A stretch of 64,000 bases of DNA, taken from the NCBI GenBank assembly GCA_030704615.1, contig CM060732.1, forward strand, positions 6,634,001 through 6,698,000, given 5' to 3'. The notes under the pieces are model-generated. The model ran no database searches. It saw only the letters and a list, made by a program, of their open reading frames with translations, and was not told where the DNA came from. The stretch's first letter is position 1. Every line of letters starts with the position of its first letter. Shown here one piece after another: positions 23,687 to 34,204 of this stretch. A program made the translations under genes and the position numbers. The DNA comes from Takakia lepidozioides (Eukaryota; Plantae; Bryophyta).

Positions 23687-26600
23687 ATGGCCTCCCAGGC
23701 CATGGGCTCCCTTGATGCGGACTTCTTCAGTGAGGACCACCCTGTGCCATTTTCTTACGAGGTGGAAGATGATGGTTTTGCGCTGGTGCATGAACACGTC
23801 CTCGCAACGCAGTTTCGGTTGGAAAATGGAACTCTATTCCTTCAAAGGGAAGTGTACGATGCCAATGGAAAACTTCTCAAGTACATGTTCCAGAAACCTT
23901 CGCATACTGCACCAGCCACACAATGGAGAGTGCCTCCAGGCAGATACAGGGTGCCCAGTGCCCCTCTGAGACAGTCTACAGGATCTTTCCTTACTCCTGG
24001 CACGGCAGCATCAGTGGCCCAGGAGAAAACACCCGTGGTTGTCAAGAAGGAGACGAGTACCGTTAACACTGTAGTTGAGCTTTCGGACTCATCCTCCGAT
24101 GACACATGTGCAATACCGCCCGTGGATCAGCCATGTCCACCTGTAGAAGCAGATGTGGAGGAGATCACCAGTGTCATTCCTAAACTGAAAGCCATGGGAG
24201 GGATGGCAGGTTTCAAGAGTGAGTTGAGGGGGATAGATTGGAGCACTTTCAATATTCAGAGGGTGGCATTCTTGCCGGAATCTTTTGATGGTAATATTGT
24301 TTTCGAGCTGCCTCCTCCTGGTCGCTTGGGGGGCATTTCTAGTCTCCTGGAAGGAATGGACAAAAAGCACGATGGGCACCCTTGGTGCCGCACAAAAGCC
24401 TCCAATATTCACAACAACGACAAACTCATATTCAGGCGAACAATCTGTAATGGGCACCTGAAATGCGAGAATATGAAATGCAGACACTTCGCATTGTCAG
24501 GTGTGCAAAACCAAAGCGAATGGGATGGTGTCAGTGAGAATCCATTCAAGCCTGGGGTGACACCACCATACAGTAACACTTTTGTGTGCAAGTTCTGTAG
24601 GGTACCACCTTGCTGCCTTGCTTTGTGTGGCGCCAGAATGTATTATGTGGTGCATCGATTCAAAACCCTGACTAGAGCCTGTGTCCAAGGGGGATTATAG
24701 GGAGAGCGTTGACACAGTCTCGCGTCTGATAAGGCAAGAGTTGGATACCAATCCAACTAGAACCACATCTGCAATTGCCATGGGGGCGAGCAAGTCCTTT
24801 CTGGAAAGCCGTATTTTGTGTGCATCAAATTCGGTTGGAGGAATACTGGAGGGATCGGCTTTGGACACTGTTATGGACCATTTCTCAACTTTGACTTCTC
24901 CAAACATTAGGAATCAGGTGAACGCTTTAAGAATGGGCTCTGGGAGCCGAGGTTATATAGACAATATTATGGATTTGAAGAAAAGGAGCATGTATGACTA
25001 CATCCAAGACAACGTTTTCCCGGGACAAGGAGCCAGGAAAGTGTTCTTGTTCAAAATGTCCACAAAAGGTGAGGGCAGCGGGGTTAGCCTGGTTAAACGT
25101 ATGCAGAAGGGTGGGGATCTTGGCAACTGCTTCCTTATGTTCGATCATGTCAAGAGGGTTAAAGACTGGACCACAATGGCATGTCATGTTTACGACCTTG
25201 TGTACCAGCGGGTCATGACAATTGCAGTGTGTGACATGCAGTCAGAGGACACAGATTCACAACAGCTCATGTGGGAAGCTCTCATTCGAGTTATGGCCTC
25301 CAATGGTCTCCCATCTCCCAATTTTGTTGGTTTCATGGCCGATAGTGCTCAAGCTAACTTCAACGCTGTCCGCATTGTGTTCGGGACGGGAGACCCAAAA
25401 GTGCCAATGCCTGGAAGAGAACGTACATGTCTTTTCCATTGGACACAATCCCTGGACAAACACACAAAGACATACATCAAGCCAGATATGCAGACTATGC
25501 ATCGCCAACTGTGCAACCAGTACAAGGACGCCAAAACTATGGGGGAAGCGAATACATTGTTCCAGACAATTTGTGCCTGGTGGTACTCATCTGGAGCGGC
25601 ATCGGAGGACAACATGAGGGCACTGCAAGACTAGTTTGCATTTTGGCACTTCCGTTACCGACAGTGGGGAGCGGCCATGACAACGGTGAGTGGTTTGTAT
25701 TCACCTTCGTTTGGGTGCTTCGGATATATCTTTCAGGGTCCAATCCTAATATCGGGTTTCTGTTTTTTTTCCTTGCAACATATGTCCATTGAGGAGATGG
25801 CGGACATGCCTTCTTGCAATCTTGCAGAGACAGTGCACAATGCCTGGTTGCAGCAATCCGGCAAAAAAGGGAGAGATTTGTATGCGGCGACGGCCGATGA
25901 CCTCATTCGTGCTCTGCAGCAGCAAACCAGATATAGGTCATTCTTGAGGGGTGGCCTTGGTGGCAAAGGTCTGGACAGGAGCAAGTTGATGTTGCGGGCA
26001 GCTGGAAGATCAGGGGATCCCAGCAAAATAGCGCGGGCAGTGAGCATATGTGCAGATGGCACCCCTCTCGTGGGAAGAGTTCCCCATCTGGAAGGCGAAG
26101 AGAGATTCGGTCCTTGCAAACGGAAATTGGACACCCCTCCCGGATCGGATGCAGATTCCCATAGGCCGGACAGGGTGAACTTCTCGACGCCACGTGTTCA
26201 CTTGGATCAGAGATGGAATTGCGGAACATCCATAGGTGAGGGCTACTCTGGCCCAGACCGGACCCCTGCATCAAGCATTGTCACTGCAATGGTTGAAGAC
26301 CACAACGTGGTGCCGCATATAATCAAGTCCATGGGCTTGGACGAGGTTTGGCATATAGAACGCACAAGTGCTGGATCTCGTGTGAAATGCGCGGCGATCA
26401 GGGCCACCAATCATGAAAAATGTACATCATTAATCTCCAGAGGGAAAGAACGCACTGCAGCTCCTACATTCACGGGTTTGTTTCTCCCTTACGGACAAGG
26501 CGAGGCAAAGAACCACAAGTTCTGGTTATGCGCTGACGATTGTGGGAGATGTGTGCATGGTACAGTGAGGCCTTCCGTGGTAAGGAAGCCTACTCCACCA

Positions 26601-27161
26601 ACCGTGTGGCCTGTGAAGATGGGCACAGGTCTCACTCACCGAGAGATTGCAATGCTGGAAGAGGCGGGTTTCTCCCTAGCCAGACATTCCATTGCACGTG
26701 AAGGTGCTTCAAGTGGAAGCGGTTCACGGGTACCTCCGCCTGACGCTCACTTGTGGCCAACCAGACGGAACGGGAAGCTTGTTCGACGATTCCCTCCAAC
26801 CGCAGAACACTACGGCAAAATTGAGTCCGCCAGAATGCTTCACGCTCGTGTTGCGGGAACAATGGAAGTGCCTGATCCAGGGTATGGTCGGGTCTTCACC
26901 ATGATCTCATCCGCATCTGCGCTGCAGGACAGGACGTACGAAATCACTGTTTCCAATTTTCCCAATTGTACATGTCCAGATTTTGTTGGTATGCTTTCAA
27001 GTAGTTTGGGAAAGAGAGGGAAGTTCATACCGTGCAAACACCTTTACTTCGTCTTCTTGAGAAGGATGGTTTGTGATCCAAAGCGCGACTTCTTCATTCA
27101 CCAAGCCACTATGAGTTTCAACGAAGTCAACACACTTCTACAGCGGGATACAAGCCCATAA
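23687..27161 (+). pseudogene. Mutator-like transposase A: GCM-like Zn domain, DDE core, SWIM finger
   Basis: HDGHPW...C.G.L.C.N..C...CxxC (GCM/WRKY-like); FDH (D1), FMAD (D2), CLFHW (MULE CxxH), CNLAET (E); SWIM CTCPDF...PCKHL; frameshift ~24690, stop at 25632, intron ~25686-25780. Confidence 0.85.
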
Positions 27162-27343
27162 AAATCGGTGTTTTCCTTGACTACAACTTGTAATGGAATG
27201 ACTATTCAAGTCCAGTGACTCTCAATGTATGACGTCAAACATCTTTGCTATGCGTGGGTCAATGCATTTGTCGCATTGGTTTGTCATTCTCTTTTCATTA
27301 GCAAACACAAGAAACTACCTTCAGATAGACAGATGATCAAATC

Positions 27344-27575
27344 AACCTCGTCTCAACACGAGGTTTACTTGAAGTTCTCCAAATCCTCCTTGTGTTGACA
27401 CAAGGATGTTTTTAGTTCTCAGAAAACAACATCGTGTCAACACGAAGTTCATTTTTGTTCCAGGAAAACAACCTTGTGTTAACACGAGGTTTTGTTGAAG
27501 TTATCCAAATCCCCCTTGTGTCGACACGAGGTTCATTTCAGTTCTACGAAATGAAGCTCCTGTTAACAGAAGGTT
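27344..27575. repeat. Six variant palindromes AACCTYGTGT-YR-ACACRAGGTT at an exact 42-bp period
   Basis: Starts at 27344, 27386, 27428, 27470, 27512 and 27554. Confidence 0.9.
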
Positions 27576-27692
27576 GAACTCCAGAAGCCCAAAACCCTTC
27601 ATCCGTTTCACCTTCATGTGGTGAAATCAGCAGTTCGGGGCTCCACGGTTATAGGCCCACCTTCTTTGTGGTGACGTGGCATGACCTGGACC

Positions 27693-27807
27693 AGGCTCAC
27701 GCCACGTCAGCATCAGCGCCATGTCAGCAGCGTGAGCGTAGGCTCATGCCACGTCATCATTGTGTGAGCGTACGCTCACGCGCCAGGCTCACGCGGTAGC
27801 GTCGTTG
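27693..27807. repeat. Right terminus of element A with clustered GCTCACG/CGTGAGC motifs
   Basis: Ends ...GGCTCACGCGGTAGCGTCGTTG; its reverse complement aligns in register with the ends at 56101 and 62586. Confidence 0.75.
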
Positions 27808-28314
27808 CACCACCACCATGATTGCATCGAATCCTTTTGACAGCGGCATAGCAGTCATGAAATCCATCGAGACACTTTCCCAAGACCCCTCTGGAATCGG
27901 CAAGGGTTGTAACAACCCCGCTTGCTTTTTTTACTCGCTCCGGTTTTGTCGGCATGTGGTGCATGTCTTGACATACTCCTCGGCCTCCTCCCTCAGTTTG
28001 GGCCAGAAATACTCTTTCTTCAAGAGTGCCGCAATGCGCTTGGCTCCGCAGTGGGCCGCAAGCGGGCCATCATGGCATTCTCTCAAGAGACTATCTCTGA
28101 TCCCTCCCTTCGGCACGTAGAGATGCTTTTGCTTGTACCAGAGCAGTCCATTTTGCAAGTGGAACTACGATTTAACCCCCATCCTTAAGTCCCGCATCAC
28201 GGACTTCGCCAACTCATCCTTCCGGTAAGCCTTCCAGATCTTCCTTTGGAGCGTCGTCTCGCCCCTGTACACCAACATGAGCTATTGCTTTCTACTTAAA
28301 GCATCGGCCACCAC
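27808..28314 (-). pseudogene. Chromovirus pol fragment (RNase H end, integrase Zn finger, start of core)
   Basis: VVADALSR, LLRECHD...H.G, YFWPKL...[34 protein letters not shown] then cut by element A. Confidence 0.88.
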
Positions 28315-28369
28315 ACATGAATTCAAGATGATGCACTGTGAAGCTAATCGCAAGCTTAGAAAGGAAAGG

Positions 28370-30422
28370 GTTCACCCAATTAAATCTGTGACATGCCTTC
28401 CTGCAGACGTCGACAACAATATCTTCTTTGAGTTCCCTCCTCGAACGGACTATTCAAGGGCGTCCGGATGTTGACAGATATGGATAGGAAACATGACGGT
28501 CATCCTTGGTGCGTCACCAAAACCACCAGCATGAAGATGCTCGATGGTGTGCGGGTGCGCTACGTTGTGTGTGCGGGCGCGCTGCGGTGTTTCTCCCCAA
28601 CTTGCTTCCACTTTAAATCCAGAGGTCACAGGAACGAGACGGAATGGACAGGCACAACTCATCAACCATTTTGAGCTCAGGAGAAGGTTCCAAAGTCCAC
28701 ATTTAAGTGTGCGTATTGCAAAGAACCACCACATTGCATGTCTGTTTGTAATGCCAAGCAGTTCTATATGTTGCACCGTTTCCCTGACCTCACACGAGCT
28801 TGCATACACGTTGGTTCCCATTGTCACAAATTGGCGAGGGGGAACTCGAGGGAGGCTGCCCACGAGGTAGAGCAGCTCATTTAGGAGGAGGTTAAGTTGA
28901 GACCTAGTGCCAAACCCAAACAGATTCAGCTGCAGGCCGCCCATAAGATGACATTGGCCAGAATTATGTCGGAAGATGGCTCCAACAAAGTTCCTCTCGA
29001 TGAGAAGGAAATGGAGGCATTGCTGGAGTCAGTGTCCCACGTCTGTTCACCGAATGTCCGAAACCACATTGTCTCCTGCAAACAGAGAATTGGGCGAGGC
29101 TCGGATATGCACTCCATTCTGGAGGTGAAGCGACGATGTGGATATGACTACATTCATGGAAGTAGGTTTCCAGGACAAGGGACTGAGGCAGATCGTTGTT
29201 TTGTATTCAAAATGTCCACATGTGGGTCTAGCAGCGGCGTGGAACTGGTCCACCGGATGACAAGTGGGGACTTGTCAAACAGTTGTGTCGACCATATCAA
29301 ACGAATTACAAATCACCAGTGGGTGACAATGGGTGCACATGTCTACAACACCCACTACAGGATGCTAATGACAATTGCTATTTGTGAGATGAAAGGAGAG
29401 GACACACAATCGGAGATGCTTCTTTGGCAGGGAATAAACGAACACATGGTCAGGGCGGGATTGCCCCCGCCCAATTTCCGTGGTTTCATGGCGGACAACG
29501 CACAAGCAAATTGGGCTGCCATCCGAAGGGTGTACGGGGAAGACCCCAATGTTCCGATGGAAGGCAAGGAGAGATCTTGTGGGTTCCATTTTCTGCAGAG
29601 CTTGTCGCAGTACGCAACCAGGCTCGTGGTGCCAGATTTCAGAGAGGAGCACCGTTCCATGTGTCTTGCCTTGGATGATGCAGAGACACAGTTTGCACGT
29701 ATATGGGCTTGGTGGACAACGTCAGGTGCTGTAAAGAAATCAGACAAGGGAGCAATGGTCAGTTGGCTAGCATGGTGGCATTATCGTTTCCTCCAGTTCG
29801 GCGACTATATGCGGGAGGTGAGTTAGACGAATTCGGGTCCCGTTGAATATTATGCTAGTCATTATTTGTAACTTGCTTGTAACCTCAGTATGTGCATGTG
29901 CAGGAAATGTGTCTGGACTCCGACACCAACATGCCGACAACAAACATGGCCGAATCAATACATTCTTCCTGGTGTGCCTCCTCTGGTGGACATCCTCACT
30001 GCCACAACGGAGGACATTGTGAGGTCAATTATGCAGCAATGCAGGTACAACGAGTTTTTGAAAGGGAAACAGTGGGGCTTGGGGCAGGAAATGCTGATGC
30101 GGACTGCCTCCAGATCGAAGAATCCTCAGAAGTGGGCGGCAGCCTTGCGAGAGGGCCTTCGGGACACGCTGTTGCTTCGAAGAGGCCAACACTTGGAAGG
30201 AGATGTTCACACCTGTCCAGTGAGACGAAGACTTGACGAGGCACCTGGCGGAGAAGAGGATTCATGGCGAGCTGACAAGAATATTCGCACGCTCCCTCGT
30301 GGTCCCGTGATGTTGCCCGAGGAGGTCTCGTCGAGCACCGCAAGTCCTGCACGTTCAAGATCGCCATCTCCTTTGAGCACAGGGCACGTGCCCGAGGAAC
30401 ATAACGAGCCATCTGTAGTAAC
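28370..30422 (+). pseudogene. Mutator-like GCM-DDE transposase fragment D (close to B)
   Basis: DMDRKHDGHPWCVTKT, DHIKRITNHQWVTMGAHVY, FMADNAQANW, CGFHF, TNMAESIH; truncated on both sides. Confidence 0.85.
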
Positions 30423-30740
30423 CACTACAAGATATGAGTGTTTTTAGGACTACGGCTGTTGCGGAGTCATAAAAACGGCATTAGGTACACGATTACAGAA
30501 CGCTGAAATGCGTTGTAGTCATAGTTTTATCACTCTGTAGTAATGGATATCACTACATGACTCTGGAAAGGTAGGGAGCATTGGTCAAACATTGTTGACC
30601 ACGATGACAGGGATGGTTTATATGACTCGCGTCATATGGAGGACTACACGTGGATGAATTTTCCTAGAATTGTATGACTTCATGACTGAATATGGTTTCA
30701 GAGCTCTAATTATACGACTGCATTACTACACGTGTCATTT
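30423..30740 (+). mobile_element. Probable CACTA element terminus
   Basis: CACTACAAGA begins where transposase D homology stops; followed by ACTAC/GTAGT-rich subterminal sequence; no matching other end found. Confidence 0.55.
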
Positions 30741-31959
30741 TGAAGGCACATACACGAATGTATTCATCCATTGGATAAGTTCATTCATCAATGATCAAAG
30801 TGCAAAAGATTAAAAAAAATCAAAAAGTTGCTTATAGGGTTGCCCATTAGGGTGTCAGCCGTGAACAAAGGGCTGGGACTTGGCCTCCTTTTGGGGTTTT
30901 TTTTGTCTCCCGCCACACCATATGTTTTCTTAGTATCCACAAGCCTAGAGCATGGAACGCAACGATCGCAGGATGTGCAGGGGCGTGGGATGGAGGCTTT
31001 GTAGACCTATTCTTGAGCATGCAAGAAGGGGCGAGGATAGGCACAACGAGGCACTACAATACAGTATGGTTTTTAGCACCGTCGGTATTTCACTATGAAT
31101 TTCACTATTTGCCACTTTTCACTATTTCTAGCACCACGTAGTGAAATGTCCTGATATTAATAAAACAATTCACTACAACTATCAAAAGTTTCACTACGGA
31201 GTATTCTACCACCCCTAAGTCAAACATTGACAGCTGTAATTATGAAAATATAATTTATAATATATATTTCAATTTCAATAACTCAAAGTGAAAGTTTTTA
31301 CTAGCAAGTGTTCAAACCAGCCCAATGGTAATATATTTTACTACCACTATCAAATGTTTGTCTACGTGGTGTTTTGGTTTTCTAAGTAGACAAGTCTGGT
31401 AGCAGGATTTTAGCCTCTGACCTAGAATGAATCAAAGTGCAAAAGGTTAAAAAGTCAAAAAGTTGCTAATAAGTTGCCCATTAGGTTTTAAAAAGTTAAA
31501 AAATTGCTAATAAGGTTGCCCATTAGGGTAATCGTGAACACAGAGGAGGGCTGGGACTTGGCATTTTTTTTGTCTCCTGCGCCACACCATGTAGCCGAGG
31601 GATGGAACGCGACGATCGCAGGATATGCAGGGGCGTGGGATGGAGGCGTTGAGCAAATGATGCAGGAAGGAGGAGAGGAGGAGGAGATGAGACGAGGAAA
31701 AGCTCGCAACATTCTTGCGAGCTCGCCGTTCTTGGGAGAGTTAGCTTGGTCTTAGCAGGCCGTGTTTCAATCTCTGCCTACTCAGCTGCACCGTGGTGGT
31801 TCAATCTCACAGACCAATCCGACATTACTTGACTACAGACACAAGCAGCACACACAAGAGGTCATTTTGGGTTGATGGTCGGTCAAGTCATGACACAAGC
31901 TCAAGGACAATGTGATGAGGGCACCATCTTCTTTGACCTATTTCAGCCTGTTTTGCCCT

Positions 31960-33398
31960 CTCACATCTTGTTTGTGTGCATTGCAATGCTTGTGCAAGCC
32001 TGGCAGCCCTTGAGAAGGGCAAAGAGGTGCATGGGGATATCATCTAAGCTGGAATTGTACCTAATGTCATTCTAAACACTGCCCTGGCAGCTCTGGAAAA
32101 GGGGAAGGAGGTCCATGGTGACATCTTCAGAGCTGGAATTGTACCAAATGTCATTTTGAACAATACCCTAGTGGATATGTATGCAAAATGTGGGTGCATC
32201 GAGGATGCAAAGGGAGTGTTCAACACTATGGCTGAACGAGATGTGGTGTCGTGGAGTGCGATGCTTGCAGGTATGCACAGCAGGGACGTGGGATGGAAGC
32301 TTTGGAGACCTATGAGCAAATGATGGGGGAAGGGGTTCAGCCGGCCACATCATGTTTGTATGCATTGCACGCCTGGCAGCCCTAGAGAAGGGCAAAGAGG
32401 TGCATGGGGATATTATCAAAGCTGGAATTGTACCTAATGTCATTCGAAACACTGCCCTGGCAGCTCTGGAAAAGGGGAAGGAGGTCCATGGTGACACCTT
32501 CAGAGCTGGAATTGTACCAAATGTCATTTTGAACAATACCCTAGTGGACATGTATGCAAAATGTGGGTGCATCGAGGATGCAAAGGGAGTGTTCAACACT
32601 ATGGCTGAACGAGATGTGGTGTCGTGGAGTGCGATGCTTGCAGGGTATGCACAGCAGGGACGTGGGATGGAGGCTTTGGAGACCTATGAGCAAATGATGG
32701 GGGAAGGGGTTCAGCCCGGCCACATCATGTTTGTGTGCATTGAAGGCCTGGCAGCCCTGATTTAAATCAGGCACCTCAACCATGACCACAACTTCTAAAA
32801 GAGGATCAAGAGAGGGAGTCCATATTGCCTCTTATGGCTCTTCTGGGCATGTGAAGATGCTTTTTGAGGTAGGCAGATTGAAAGAGGCTCTACAACCTTT
32901 AAACCAAGGAGCATTTCAGCAGATTCAGATATGTATGTCTGTCTCTTGCTTAAGTGCATCAAAATGAAGGGTTTGGAAGCTGGAAAGCAGGTGCACACTC
33001 ACATTATCCAAAGTGGATTCAGACCAAGTGTTTTTCTCCTCAACACCCTTGTGAACATGTATGTTAAGTGCAGGAGCATCATGAATGCACACTGAGTGTT
33101 CAACGGAATGCCTCAACGAACTTTGATCACGTTGAATATAATGTTGGCAGGATTTAACATGGGTGTGGTAGGAATGCTTTGGAGACCTATGAGCAAATGC
33201 TGCGCGAAGGGCCGGTGAAGCCCAACCACATCACCTTTGTTGCAATGCGTGTGCAAGCCTGGGAGCCCTGGAAAAGGGGAAAGAGGTCCATGCTGACATC
33301 GTCAAAGCTGGAATTGTACCAGATGTCATCCTAAACTGACAGGTTTGCCAAGTGTGGGTGCATTCAGGATGCGAAGGGAGTATTCCACACTCTGGCTG
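31960..33398 (+). pseudogene. PLS-class pentatricopeptide repeat gene fragments with ~375-bp tandem duplication
   Basis: ALEKGKEVHGDIIKAGIVPNVILNNTLVDMYAKCGCIEDAKGVFNTMAERDVVSWSAMLAGYAQQGRG; frameshifts and stops; cut at 33398 by element B. Confidence 0.9.
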
Positions 33399-34204
33399 GA
33401 GGTTTACTATTTCATGAGCAGAAACCATGAGCCATGAGCCGCATGAGCGGTGAGCCGAAGTCTAAGACACGCGGATTTCATGAGCGGACTCCTCCAAATT
33501 TGGAAATGCGGCAGATTAAACAAGTATTAAAATAATAGTTTTTTAATTTGACCTTGCCGTTTTTGGAAGTTCCAGATCCTGTAATGCGGCGAAGATATGT
33601 CGTCAGTAACAACTCCGCTCATGGTTTTTTAGATCCACTCATGGAAATGAGTGACCGTGCAACGAGAAATCCAGTATACCACGGCAAAAGGACGTCGCAT
33701 ACTGGCCTGTATAGAGTATTCCACGGTTTTACATGCCTTAACATTGGAATGAAGCTGCCGCGATTGAACAAATACAGTCTGCACAATTCTGTCATCTTCG
33801 AGTATTCGGCGGGAAAGATTTGCGACTCAACTGGGAAATGCGGTGCCGCATTAGGGTTCGCACATGCGAAATTTCTGGGCAGTTTGGTGTTGGTGAATGC
33901 CGCATCTACCAGTACCTACGACGTTACTTGGAAATGCGGCGCCGCATTTCCTTGCCGGGGGTCGAATGAGGAAAGCAAAGTTTGGGAGAGCAGAAAAACA
34001 GGAACCCTCCAACACACAAAAATACATGCACGTGGAAACACGAGTGAATGACATAGTATTATCTTAGTTCGAGCAAAACAGGTTACTGGTAGGCAAGACA
34101 TAAGTCGGACCTTTCTGTGGCCAGAGTCAGAGCTACTTGCAGCAATACAGTTCTACTATCCAAAACGGATGGGCGTACCATAGTGTTGGGACCACAAGCC
34201 AAGG

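Larger units (their letters stand above)
14854..27807. mobile_element. Mutator-like DNA transposon A with divergent transposase and ParB-methyltransferase cargo gene (left end missing)
   Basis: MULE transposase 23687-27161, cargo gene on the opposite strand, element-specific palindrome in non-coding parts, terminal motif ending at 27807 followed by candidate 9-bp TSD CACCACCAC. Confidence 0.8.

Noticed and set aside
23687-27161. KDZ/Zisupton or hAT transposase assignment
   Set aside because: The D...D-CxxH...E layout, C-terminal SWIM and candidate 9-bp TSD fit Mutator better; a profile search would settle it.
31960-33398. Functional PPR editing-factor gene
   Set aside because: Frameshifts, stops, internal duplication and no E/DYW domain.
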